Positions 14,178 through 26,299 of a stretch of DNA of 64,000 nt are shown here, in pieces (position 1 is the first letter of the stretch; the number at the start of each line of letters is the position of its first letter). Both the position numbers and the translations under genes were made by a program. The notes below the pieces were generated by a model. It did no database searches. It was not told the DNA's origin and was given only the letters and a program-made list of their open reading frames with translations. Source of the DNA: Haplodiscus bocki (Eukaryota); contig OZ296648.1 of assembly GCA_965655095.1 (NCBI GenBank), positions 71,052,001 through 71,116,000 on the forward strand. Reading direction: 5' to 3'.

Positions 14178-14624
14178 CTTAAAAAGACCCATTTTTAACA
14201 TTCGTAAAGAAACTTAAATGTTGGTGGTTATCGTTTGCTAAATATATAGTAATCTTAGCAAGTTTAAAAAATATATAGATGGAGTAAAAATGGGATCCAC
14301 GTGAGACGAACTTCTATAACCACATAGTTATATTAATGGCATATTTGGATCCACGATGTCTAGTCGTCCTTTTTTTAACGAAAAATATTCAAACCATGAT
14401 CAAAAATGACATGTTTAGTGCAATTCAAAACATCCGCCGTTGAATATTCGTTTATTTTAAATGAACGTTTTTTTCTGATCGAAAGCGCCATGCATCCTTG
14501 TGTTGTTCTTTTCATGCTGGCAGATGTTTTAAATCATACTATAATTGGATCATTCTAAAGCACTTTTCATACTAAAAACCATAACAGCATGGCGTAAAAT
14601 GTGAACATTCAGTATCAAACTTAC

Positions 14625-14866
14625 TTGTACAAATAATTCAAAGGAGGTTGCAAACTTTTGAATCATCTCAATTTCGACACAAATTAGTATTGCAGAATCG
14701 TTTCTTGTTTCAACAATATTTCTCTCCATTCTTTTGGGAACAGCGGAATTATAATTAGGGACATCCGACACCACGAATTGATTTACAGCAGTCCAGTTTG
14801 AATTGCCATTTGTTATAGTGTTGTTTACTTTGAACAACATTAGGAATGGCTCAGCCATATTTTTAA
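14625..14866 (-). CDS. PKD1-like exon (GAIN region)
   Basis: Within ORF 14550..14894: (V)KNMAEPFLMLFKVNNT...FELFVQ. Poly-T gtag acceptor, GTAAGT donor; phase 1/0. Confidence 0.85.
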
Positions 14867-16013
14867 CTACAAAAAAAAACAAAAAGATAAACAACGAACA
14901 CCTCGACTGCTATATCTTTTGGAAGTTGAATATCAATAAAACAGATGCATACTTGACATCAATTAAAACCATCCAGCAGAATAAATTAATGAATATTCAG
15001 TAGTTGTTTCATTTATTAAGGTCTCTGTTGTTGGCAGAATTGTCAAAAATTTTCCTGTCAAATTTTCAGCAAACTTTCGCTCGTTCAGTTTAGAATATCC
15101 GCCCTCGTGTGCTTTTGGGCTATTAGTACAAAGAATACGGGAAACGACAAAATACAAGTTTTGCGCAGTTTTACGAAAAACGCCTTTTTAATATTCGAAT
15201 TGCAAAAAAAAAATATTTTTGTGTTGGAATTTTGCCCATTCCGCCCTCCATATTAATTTGCCTGCGTAGACATTTCACAAAATCTACGCGAACTTTAAAT
15301 TTTTAAGGTCTTTTACACTGTTTGCAAAAATTTGCTGTAAGATGGGCGATTTTGTTGCTTTAATATTGGCAAAAAAGCTAATTGATTTCCTCATTTTGTT
15401 TTTTATCAGATAAATCTTTAAGCTAATAATGACACAGACTAGACTGATTGAAAAAATTTAAAAAGTCTTTCTAAAATTCAAAGTTTTGAGTTTTTTTTGA
15501 AAAATCGTTGTTTTGTTGCGCTAAAGTAGGTAAATAAAGCTATAATTGCAGCATTTTTCAAGTATCGCTTTGGGTTCCAAAATGTCTCCCAGCTAATTTT
15601 AGTCCAATCCGATGAAAATAACCACAAAAAGAATTTTTTTGGAACTCATGCAGCGGAGGCTATTTTCATGTTTGCAAGTAAATTGAAAATAGCGGTTTTT
15701 GCACAAAAACTGCTTTCTTAACATCTTGCTTTTCAATACAGCTGCTCAATTTGAAAAATTCGTAAAAGAATGCAATGAAATTCGGACATTTTTTCAAAGA
15801 TCTGCAAAATAACTAAATTTTGTGCTCCGACTTAGGAAGAAATTTCTGAATTATTATTTTTTTGTAGTTTTTTTTGTGACTATCACTTTCCCGTGGTATT
15901 ATTTGAGGTTAATCTTCCGCTTAAACAAAAAATTTTCTTTCACATCTCTGATCTTTTCTCAAAACAGATTTGAGCCCCTGAGTATAGTAGAACTTTTCGA
16001 GGGGCACTGACTA

Positions 16014-16597
16014 CCCTAGTTAAACGTACAGATAAAACAAGCAAAATGCATGCATGCATGTAGCCAAATTTGCAATAAAACGTGGAAAAATCAGACATTC
16101 AGCCTACATGTAATTTGAAGGTTTTCGCTGCAGCAGCAAAAGTTTGTTCAAGATGTCAAGGTAAGATGAAAAACGTAAAATATCTCGCACGTCTATTGCC
16201 TTGACCACGATTACTACCTCAGAATTGCCCCTACTTGATATTTCTTTAAAGTTTTGACCATTAAGCTATTATTTGATAACATGTGACTCGGGGTGGGTAC
16301 TTATAAATTCAATCTGTATTATTTCTATTGTAATGAGCGACAAAATTGTAAGGCTGTCTGTCAAATTAAAATTAACCAAGCTGCAACCAAAAACTTGCAA
16401 AACTTTATTCATTTTTTGTCTGCCGAATATTGAAGGCAAGCTACAAAATCCCGCCTCGTTTTATGAAATTTTTTGAAAAGACCTGAAAGACATCACAAAA
16501 ATGACGCATGGAAAATTTAATATTAATCATCCAAAATCATACAAAAAGTTTGCTAACTTAAAAAATCTAACAAAAAATTCCCGTTTTTCAACTAGGA
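16014..16597. mobile_element. family B copy 2 (opposite orientation)
   Basis: Reverse complement of 2795-3393; shares GCATGCATGCATG and CGCTGCAGCAGCAAAAGTTTGTTCAAGATGTCAA. Confidence 0.78.
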
Positions 16598-19500
16598 GAC
16601 GATGAGTGAGATATCACTGTTCCAAGCACGGAACCACGGAAAATTCGCTACGTCCATGAAATTATGACATTAAATTTTTCGGTTTCCGTGTTGGTCTGTA
16701 GGAGAGTGGGAAAAATACAATCAAAAATTTGCATGATCCAATGGTTTTGGCCAAGAGTGTAAAATCAGGCCTAAATCTCATTTAACAAAAACTATTGTCC
16801 TACTCTGGTGGCCAGACAAGTCACGCTACAACTGAGAGCTGAAAACGAATTAAAAAGTTATTCCCTTTCATTTCTTCATTGTTAGAAATTGAAGAGTTAA
16901 AGACAATCTTTTAACAGACATTCCAGGCCTTTACTTCTTCAGTCTGCTTTTGTAACAGCACGGGTTTTTTCTTTTCCGTCATTTGATAATGCGGACGGAA
17001 CATCATTCTCTTACTTTCACTTTCCGTCGTAGAAAACTAAGAATCAAAAACTATTCCCTCAGGTTGATTTTTTTCTCGGGAAACTGCCAATTCGAAGTGA
17101 ACACGCTCACATTTGAAATTTTTTGTTCACAATTGAAATTGATGCTCTGGTCAGAAAGAATGCAGTTTTGACCACCCTTCGATAAAAATTTTTGTTCAGA
17201 GTTCGAAATTTTGTTGTTAAATGTCCCAGAAATATTTTTGGAAAATTAAGTTTAATCATAATTTTCCTTTTGCTATTGTATTATAATTTGTTCGATAGAA
17301 ACTCAAAATCGGAGATGTTGTCAGTCAATTTGACCAAAGTTGTCGTAACATAAGTCGTTTACTTCCATATACGGAGCTAGCAAATGCCCTACTTTTACAG
17401 AGGCTTAACGAAGAGACCTTGTTTTGCCGTACACTGACTTTTGCTTGTGGTCCGACCTTTTTCGATGTTTTTTCTGCGACAAAAATTGAAATTCGAGTTT
17501 TTTGTCTCGAACATTTTGACAACTTTCTACAAGAAGAAGTCATTCATTTCCGCAGGTATGGTTCCAAATTGCTTCAAGTTAGGAAGTGTTTTTCAATGGA
17601 GTTTTTCAATTGCTCTCCAAACTTTCATTGTAGTCCAGCACTTTTTCTATCTGCTTTTTTGCAAGAAAACTCGAAAATTGACCTTTGCGTGGGCCTTTCG
17701 AGGTTTTTGTGGGTTTCAAATCGATAATTTCGAAAACCAGGACTTCAAATTTACTGTAATTTTAAACAGCGATAACAGAAGTCCTCGCATTTATCTGACA
17801 GTTTTTTTTGTTGCGATGAAAAATTTATCGATAGGTTTTCATGCGAACAGATCTTGAAAAATGAGTTCTTTTAACCATCTCCGTCAAAGTATTGGCCTCT
17901 GTACCTGAAGCAAGTCAGACGAAAACCTTTACATTGCCGTGGCGCAAGATAAAATTATGAATTTTTCTAACACTTTTTGGTGCCTATAAAACTTTTTTCG
18001 TTGGTGTTTCTTACGGAAGAGTCTTGAAAAACGAGTTTTTATTAGTCTTCCAAACATTTTACAAATTGAAGTTCTCAATCATAGCTCTTAGAATTTTTTT
18101 GAACATTTAAATTATGTTCTTCAAAAAGTTCGAATTATGAGATAGTGGCGTTTTGTTTCGAGCTCAATGCTTCTCGATAAGTTTCTTCTGCAAAAAAACT
18201 GAAAATTGACTTTTTTAGAATACGCTTTTGTTTGTTAATTTGGAATTTTACATATTGGATATAATTTCAAAAACGAGTCCTCATTTTGCTGAGAAATTTT
18301 GGAATACTTCAATCGATTATTTTTATCGATCGGTCGCGGTCACATAGTACAGAATTTTTCGATACGTTTTTTAAAAATAACATTTGAAATCGAGCTAGTA
18401 TAATGAACTTTGACCTTTCACCAGCAAATTTAGTACTTTGTCTGAAAAGATACGTCTAAAAATTTCTCAGATTCTCCAATCTCATGGCATTTGGACTTTA
18501 GTCATTTGTTTATTAGCTCGCGATTTTGGTCAAAAAGTTTTTTGCTCTTTTTCATCGTTAAATTGTAATATTCGAAATTTTTTCCACTTTTCGAGTTTCT
18601 CGTCAACGTTCACTATCTCAAGGCAGTGACCTCTCGGAATCATCGAACTCTTCGATTAGTGTACCAAATTTGTTCCATCTGCTCGCAAATCATTATTGGT
18701 TCAAAGTGTATATCATGATTTTTGTAACGGAACAAGCATTCAGATCGGGGTTTATTGGCCTTTTGAAAGTTTTTTGAACATTATGTATTATATCTTGTAG
18801 GGAAAGACTGAAAAGGAGGCCAATTTAGCAATGCCAAAGCATACACAACTAAGTCACATCTCTGAAGCACACTAATGTTTCATGTAAAAAGTGATCCTCG
18901 ATTTCTTTGTTTTTTGAAAAACTATTGCAGCGAGACTACCACTGAGCCCTTCATGCTTGTGTTTTGCTGGTTTCCGATTCGTGACGGGTGAAAATTGCAA
19001 AAGTGTTATCAAAAAAGACATCTAAACTTCAAAAATGACTTTCATCAGAGCTGCGAGTTAAAATTTTTCCATCAGGCGCTCAAGTAGCACCTCCTTTTTA
19101 AGGAGAACAATCAATAGGAAAAATGATGATCTTTGCGTCGGAATCATGATAGTCCAGAAAAGCCTTGAATTTTTAATAATTTTGATGTATCACTCATTTT
19201 GTTCAATAAGTATTTGCTTCACGTCTTCAGTAAAAGTTTTAATTGATAGCGTTTTATCTTTGGAAGGGTTTTCGAAAAGCAATTGTTTGATTTTTTTTCT
19301 ACAGTCAACAGGATTTTCATGATAGGCTGAAGATGTCAAAAACTGCAACTGTTGTTGTTATTTTGTTGATTTTCAAACCCAAAGTCTTCTCGAGTTCTCC
19401 TGAAAAATAGCACTGCTTGCGCAAGTGCAAAAAAGTTTTGACTCGAAATAATTCTAATAGAAAATTGCAAATTGATTATGAAACCAGAAAATTGTAGCTT

Positions 19501-19873
19501 GAACTCTTCTAACAAGATCTCGATCGGATTTTTTTTTGTTTCGATGAACCAATTCTACACCCTTTGACCGAAAAATATCACAGAGCGAATGCGCTTTTCA
19601 TTCCGCTTCAATTCAATAAATCTTGTCACTGATCATTTGGCAGTCAGGCATGTCAAAAAGTGTGTAGGACATAGGGTCTTTTTTTGTAAAAATGTGCTCT
19701 CTCAGATCGCGATCAGAAGGTTTTTATCACAGAGGTTGTTACGGTTCTTATTTTTTCCATTTCCTGAAGATTAGAATTTCACAGAGTTCTCATAAATTAT
19801 GAAAACCTCCGTCAAGGCTAAAATGAAACCAGTTACTTTCTCTTGAAATGTCAACTCACTTTGAGAAAAGTTA

Positions 19874-20657
19874 CCTGGGTTGACGTCTCAGAGACAATCA
19901 GCGCTGATCGGCTCTGATTCGAAAATGTTTCAAGTCTGATTCAGCGCTGTTCATCAATTGAAAACCTGTGAACAGCTCCGATTCAGAGCTGAACAGCCCT
20001 GATTTCCTCTGAAACAGCTCTCAAGAGCTCTGATTTTTGGCAGATTCAGAATGACAATTTTCGGTTTAATTTCAATTTTTGTCAAAAATTCAGAAGTTCC
20101 GAAACTTTGAGGTACATATTTCTGAACTTCAGTGCAATTTACGCATAGCGGACAACAAAAATTCAAGGATTTAAATTTTCATACGGCCCCAAGATAATAC
20201 GATCCTTGAATTTTTGGATTTTTGTTACTGCTCAAATAACAAAACTGATATGGTTCAAAAATTGAACAACGTTTTCCCTTTTAGTGGGATGAACTTTCTG
20301 GATTATTTCGAAACATGAGTTTTTGCTGTCATTGGCTGATTATTGTGGAATTTTAAATTTTTTTTTAAAGCAGTAATGCTATTCTAATGATCACTTCTTG
20401 TGTTTTCATCACTTCTGATTACGTTATCATATTTTGATATTCTATATTAACGTGTTAAATGATAACTAATTTCTCCAATCCAATGCTTCAGAGCTAAAAA
20501 CATCAGCGCTGAACAGCGCTGACTCAGAGCTGATTCTCTCTGAAACAGCGCTGATCAACGCTGAGGTTTTCCATGTTCTCTGAATCAGCACTGAAAAACG
20601 TCAACTCTCTGAAATGGCACTATTCAGCGCCTATTATCTGTGGGATTTCAAACCGGG
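19874..20657. mobile_element. family C copy 2
   Basis: CCTGGGTTGACGTC...TTCAAACCGGG with TA/TA flanks; colinear with 4080-4996. Confidence 0.82.
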
Positions 20658-20719
20658 TACAAATTGTTAGTTGTTATGTCTTTCCAAATGTGTGCATTGG
20701 TTTTCAATCGTAACTAAAC

Positions 20720-20828
20720 CTGATACGAGATTGGTGTTTTTGTCTCTGAACTCTATGCGCTTCACTTCACTGTCGAGTCTGGTAGAGATTTCGTCGGGAG
20801 TGTACAAGTTCAAATTGAAAGTGGCTGC
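20720..20828 (-). CDS. PKD1-like exon (GAIN region; not in the ORF track)
   Basis: AATFNLNLYTPDEISTRLDSEVKRIEFRDKNTNLVS(V); continues as V-K-N-M-A-E-P, resembling the S-x-V...V-x-N-L-x-x-P GAIN segment. tttttcag acceptor, GT donor; phase 0/1. Confidence 0.8.
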
Positions 20829-20950
20829 CTGAAAAAAAACGTATCAGTCTCATTTCTCAAACAATTGATATCATTGAAAACTATTCTTCAATTTTTTTTG
20901 GAAAATTAACCCTTAAAAATGTGGAAAAGAAACGCTAAACTACTACTCAC

Positions 20951-21178
20951 ACAAATTCCAAGTTCGTCTTCTTGCAACAGTATTTCGGTGGGGAAAGTTG
21001 CGTTGACCGCCTCAAAGACTTCGGCTTCTCTGAGCTTTGAGCCAGTTGACTTCTGAATGTGGAGTGACATCACTTTGAAGGTGTAAGAGAGAGATCGCTT
21101 CTTAATTGCCATTCTGTCTAAATTCATTTGGCTCACAAGTGACAGCGAAATGTCCATAAGATGGTTGAAACCCGGGTC
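20951..21178 (-). CDS. PKD1-like exon
   Basis: DPGFNHLMDISLSLVSQ...LQEDELGIC (ORF 20906..21157 extended to a cag acceptor at 21181-21179). GTGAGT donor; 228 nt, phase 0/0. Confidence 0.78.
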
Positions 21179-21429
21179 CTGTCAGCAAACGCTTTGGATG
21201 AGATTTCGGAGTACATATATTTGTAAACTTTCGAAATAAAATATTTTACTTTTGAGCGCAGCAAAGAAAACAACACTCGGTTGCACTTTTCTCAAACTCG
21301 CTGATACCTAAGCAACTAAACAGCTCTTACAAATTTTGAAACCTCTGTTGTTACAGTCAATTGCTCCTACAAGCTGAACAACAATAAACATGAGAAAAAA
21401 GTGCCGCTAAGGAAGGAAATCAAATACTT

Positions 21430-22094
21430 CCCGGATTGCAAAAACATGGCTGCCATGCCATGATCTTACCAACATCATGGCGAAACATGCGTATGTTCAT
21501 ACCATGCTGAAGGCATGGCGGCCGAGTTTTTCTTTCTCAACATCATATGATATGATATCATGATTCCATGATTCATACCATGATCATGGTATGATCATCA
21601 ATGTTTCCAATTTTTTCGGGAAAAAATGGATACTTTGTCAATTTTTTTCTCAAAAAGTTGCTGGCATATACAAATGTATGGTACATTTAACTGATCTTAG
21701 AATAAATTACGCCTTCAAATTGCCGAGTCAGCAAAATTGAACCAAGATTGTTACAGTTAGGCTAAGAATTTTCTTCTGTTGTAACAAAACAGCAAGTTCT
21801 TAACAATACTTTCAATAAATCTATATTACAGCTTTTCGTTTTTCTTTGGTATTTCAAAATTTTTGGAAAGAGATCCATTCTATCAAACGTCTGTTGAGTA
21901 GTGTTTTTTGATGGGTTCGCGTTAAAATGTAACGGACAACTGCCTGGCTTCAACAAGGTTGATTAGATAATTAGAGTGCGGATTATATTATAATGAAGAC
22001 CATGGTCAACATAACATGATCATGCTATATTCCATGATGACCATGCTATGATGATAGCATGATCGTCATGTTTGACCGTGGCTGTCAGCTTGGG
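21430..22094. mobile_element. family A copy 2
   Basis: Starts CCCGGATTGCAAAAACATGGCTGCCATGCCATGATC, ends GTCAGCTTGGG, TT/TT flanks; colinear with 979-1795. Confidence 0.8.
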
Positions 22095-22330
22095 TTATTC
22101 TTGCCAAATAGTGATACCTTTCACAGTACCTTGTTACTTAGCGTGTTAAATATTGGATTACAACACCGGAATCTATGCAATTATTCCAGCTTAATATTTC
22201 AAGACGGTAATTCTTTGAAACTCACCTATTTTGTTCATTTGTACAACAGTTTTAGAAGAATTAATTTTAAATTTAGGCTTTTAACTGTAGTACTATTGAG
22301 TTTTCAATAGAAAAAAATATGGATTCTAAC

Positions 22331-22410
22331 CCAGTTAGCGGTTAAGTTGGAGGATGTTGCTTTCAATAATGGGTCCTTTTCAGCTGTAGATTGAATCAAG
22401 TTGTCAATCA
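22331..22410 (-). CDS. PKD1-like exon
   Basis: xIDNLIQSTAEKDPLLKATSSNLTANW; tttgcag acceptor, GTTAGA donor; phase 1/0 joins the next exon in frame. Confidence 0.65.
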
Positions 22411-23240
22411 CTGCAAAGGAATTATATTTCATGGAAAATTGATAGTTGTAAGGCCGAAATGAGACATGCCAATAACAGCGCATAAAATATGGGGCCTTGC
22501 ATGTTTCGGGAATCCCCTTTACTTTTCTCATGTTGCCGCTAATTCTCCTGTTAACACCCTTCTTCTTCTAAAATCTTTCCAACTGTGATTTCATCTACAT
22601 TTTTGGTTCCACATTTTAAAGTGATTGCAGCATTTCACAGGAGATTGTCCTACTTGAGGGTGCATAAATGTTTTTTAAGATGCATGAATACGTGCGTGAA
22701 AGATTTTTTGAATTAAAAATACAGCATTCTTAGGGATTTTGCATGGAGCCTTCTCAGAAATTTAGCCAGCAACATAAAAAATTACAAACTATCCCTGAAA
22801 CATGTAAAATCGTCAATGCGAAATATATCATTTTGTTTAAATTAACGTTTGGAGCTTGATGAAAAAAACGATTCCAGAAGCCTTGTTTCAGGCAAAAGTT
22901 CAAAAAAAACATACTTTTGTACCTTCTGTAACAGCTTTAAGACAAAAAATCAATTAAAATAACCGTGAATTTTGATACAGAAAACAAATAACAAGAGTTG
23001 TCAGGGTCTGCATTATCTTTCTGAACCAAATCAGGTATGGAAGACGTTGTTTTAACCCTCGGGAATGGGAAACTTCAATTTTTTGAAAAAAAAACTATCA
23101 GAAAAAAATCATATTAGATGACTTTATTATTCAACACTCAAAAGAGTCCGTATTTTCATTTTGCACCACGGCTAGTCTGAGGTTCAAACTGAAAAAAAAG
23201 ACAATTAGACAATTCACAGCCAAATTTAAATGTGTCTAAC

Positions 23241-23291
23241 AAGCATCACTCCCGAGTTCATTGTCGGCAGTAGCAAATTTTTCCATAAAAA
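23241..23291 (-). CDS. candidate short PKD1-like exon
   Basis: xFMEKFATADNELGSDA(L); cag acceptor, GTTAGA donor; phase 1/1. Fits the downstream exon but is 1 nt out of phase with candidate 23420-23457. Confidence 0.35.
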
Positions 23292-23419
23292 CTGTCCAGT
23301 AATATGAATTCCATCAGCCATTTCCAAAATGCAATATTTGCGAAGGTTGTAATTATGTATCTTGTTCACAAAAGTTTATCTGGAAATTACCCCATCTATC
23401 ACAATTGAAAGTAACTTAC

Positions 23420-23457
23420 AAAACTTCGTCAAATTCTACTGGTAGCATGAGAGAAAC
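23420..23457 (-). CDS. candidate short PKD1-like exon
   Basis: VSLMLPVEFDEV; ccag acceptor and canonical GTAAGT donor; phase 0/2. Confidence 0.4.
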
Positions 23458-24120
23458 CTGGATGAACTCAATGGAGCAGAGAAACTTGTGGCATGGAAAG
23501 TTAAAAATAAATGTCTTGACTTCATTTTGAAAGTGTTTGGCAATATACAAAGTCAAATAAAACTTGCATGCAACTTTTACGAGGGTGAGAACCAATTTTA
23601 TGGAATTAATTTCTTTTATGTTAAACAATCTTTAGAGAGGATTCTGCTATTATCATCGGGGTTGAAACGCGTGACCGGGACATTAGTGAAAAAAACATGC
23701 ATTTGAGGAAACAATATATCAAAAGTAGGCCTGTGACCGGTAAAATTGCTCTAAAAAACGTCGATATCGTATGCTAAATTTCTATGAAGCTCAAGCTTTC
23801 TCCTTTTCCACTTCTCCCTTGTCGTTAAGTTTGTTTCGTTTATAATTTTCCTCGGGAAAACGAACGAACCGTGGTATTGTTATCAGGTAGAAATCTATGT
23901 ATATATGTATAATATGAATATGTATGAAGCATGGTTCTTCAGGTCAGTGCATAACATATTTCTCGACTTGGCAATATTTTTTTGCAAAACTGACCTTTGC
24001 ACGAAATTCTTGAAGTCTCTATGACATAATGATCATTTTACACCAAAATTCTGAAAATTCTGACTGCAAGAGTAACATTGACGTTGCAATCGAAAAATAG
24101 GTTCTTTTGTAGTTCCTCAC

Positions 24121-24228
24121 TCTAAATGTTGAGGAATTTACTACCTCTAGCACAGCTAACGCAAAATTGGGATTCTGACCCCTATCAGGTTGAGAAAATT
24201 TACCTTCAAGATTTGATGCTACCAAGTT
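24121..24228 (-). CDS. candidate PKD1-like exon
   Basis: NLVASNLEGKFSQPDRGQNPNFALAVLEVVNSSTFR within ORF 24019..24270; ttcag acceptor, GTGAGG donor; phase 0/0. Confidence 0.5.
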
Positions 24229-24399
24229 CTGAATACTTCTGAAACCCATAAATGTCGCATTCTCTTTCATAAACTCAAGCCCTCCTGCGACTAGTTTTGC
24301 AGCATGGGTCTGAAATCAAAACATTTCCATCAATGATGTTTTATTATGAGACATTTGCTGTGATGACGTATTATCGGGAGGTTATAATTAATGTTGGGC

Positions 24400-25074
24400 A
24401 TGCATTTTCCACTAAAGATTTCAGTTCCAACAGCACTGATTCAAAGAAGTTCAGTTTGACCACCTTTGAGACAGCACTGGACAGCACTGAATTTTTCCAC
24501 TTGCTCTGGAGCAATGCCGAAGATTTTAAAATCTGGGAAACAGCGTTGTTCACCTCTGTTTTGTATTGGGACTGCAAATTCAAAAAAAACTAGCGCTGAA
24601 GTGTTGAAAGTTGCTGTTCAGCGCTATTTTTTTCAGCCCTTATTTTTTTCAGAGCGAGTAGCCGTATTTTTCCTTATAATTTCAAACAAAAACATAAATG
24701 TAAATGTCTAAATATTTCGAAAAATTCAAATGTTCATCCGAGGGAGCTAATGAGTGCCAAACATTTTTGAAGTTTTATCTATTTTGCTACATTTGAAGTG
24801 TAAGTAAACAAAAAAATTGGGTTTTCCGCACCTTTAGGTTAGTTCGCTTCTTTGCGCAACGTGGGCTTAAAATCAGAATCTTCATCTTCAACTTCAGAAT
24901 AAATCGAAAAAAAAATGAAAAAGAAAGAAAATTGTCATTCTAAACTCAAAGAAAGTCAGGGCTATTCAGCGCTGTTTCATAGATTTTTAGGCAATGTGAA
25001 GCACTCATTCAGTGCCAATAGTTTTGGAAAGAAAGTTAACCAGCGCTAAATGACTCTGAGACCTCAAGCTCGGG
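24400..25074. mobile_element. family C copy 3, inverted and more degraded (left boundary approximate)
   Basis: Right end CAGCGCTAAATGACTCTGAGACCTCAAGCTCGGG is the reverse complement of the family C left end; CAGC(A/G)CTG repeats present. Confidence 0.65.
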
Positions 25075-25237
25075 TCCTTTTGCCACCATTGTGCTGTTGC
25101 TTTTCACTCGGTGTTTTGTAATTAATATAAAATCTTTCAGTTATATATAACTTTTTTTCAGGTTTTGAACTGAAAGGGCCAAGTATTTTTTCTCGTATTA
25201 ATCTTGAATGTTGATAGGAGTTAGAAAAAAGAATAAC

Positions 25238-25414
25238 CCTTGCTGTGCGAGATATCTCTCTTGGATCATCGATGACATATTTCAACCCAGTGGCCAAAGT
25301 CTCAACAGAATTGACTGAATCCAGAGCATCGCTGATTGTTATGAAAGCAATTAGACAAGCCTCTCTCAATTCACTTCTACCGATGACGTCATAATCAAAA
25401 GAGGGTTCATCTTG
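25238..25414 (-). CDS. PKD1-like exon (helical region after REJ)
   Basis: QDEPSFDYDVIGRSELREACLIAFITISDALDSVNSVETLATGLKYVIDDPREISRTAR; R-x-x-L-R and P-x-E-x-S pattern of PKD1-like proteins; phase 0/0. Confidence 0.8.
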
Positions 25415-26061
25415 CTGATGTAAATTAAAAAAAACACAAATTAGCTGATTTGGAGGAAGTAATATTTGTAAGCAGGAATTTACTTCAGAATGCAAGCGTG
25501 AAGGTTAAAATAGTTTCTGCAAGACTTTTAAAAATGCTCGAAGAATTAAAAGATAGATTGGGATAAACTATTCGTCGATGATAAACATGAGGTTCGAAAA
25601 GGTGTAAAGGCATCGTTTCTGCAGAAAAAATGCGGGAGAAAGGTGTTCTCCAATTTTTCGTGGAGAGTTAGTCAAGAATCTAAGAAATTATGTTGAAAAT
25701 CAACAAAATTACGATTCGGCATAAACAAATTTTTACAAAACTCCTCGAAGGATTTTGGCAAAAGCTTCTTTTGCGTCATGAAACTTTTCCTTCAATTCTT
25801 CGAGTCTTACAAAATTTTGGTGGAAGATTGCTCAGATGCCCTTTTTCAAAACAGGCCAGCTGATAAATCTTGAAATGACAGAAACCAACTCAAAAAAAAG
25901 GAAACATCTTCCATAATTTTTTTCGAACCAATTCCCTCACTAAGTTGTCCAGGTACGAATCACGAACCTTGTTAGAATTGCTAAGTTTTATCTTGAATTT
26001 GTGAAATCTTCTCTTTATAAGAAGAGCCAAAAATTCCAAGATTTTCCATGATCGTATCAAG

Positions 26062-26230
26062 ANNNNNNNNNNNNNNNNNNNNNNNNNNNNNNNNNNNNNN
26101 NNNNNNNNNNNNNNNNNNNNNNNNNNNNNNNNNNNNNNNNNNNNNNNNNNNNNNNNNNNNNNNNNNNNNNNNNNNNNNNNNNNNNNNNNNNNNNNNNNNN
26201 NNNNNNNNNNNNNNNNNNNNNNNNNNNNNN
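26062..26230. other. assembly gap (169 N)
   Basis: Run of N. Confidence 1.
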
Positions 26231-26299
26231 AACAAGATTTCATTTCTGACAGAGCTTTTGATGTTTCAATCTAGATGCAAGCAAATCTATCGCTGACAT

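Noticed and set aside
14963-15157. Minus-strand ORF as an extra PKD1-like exon
   Set aside because: Exons 20720-20828 and 14625-14866 already join in frame through a conserved-looking motif, and no convincing splice pair was found.
25890-26296. ORFs spanning the N run
   Set aside because: Artefacts of translating the assembly gap.
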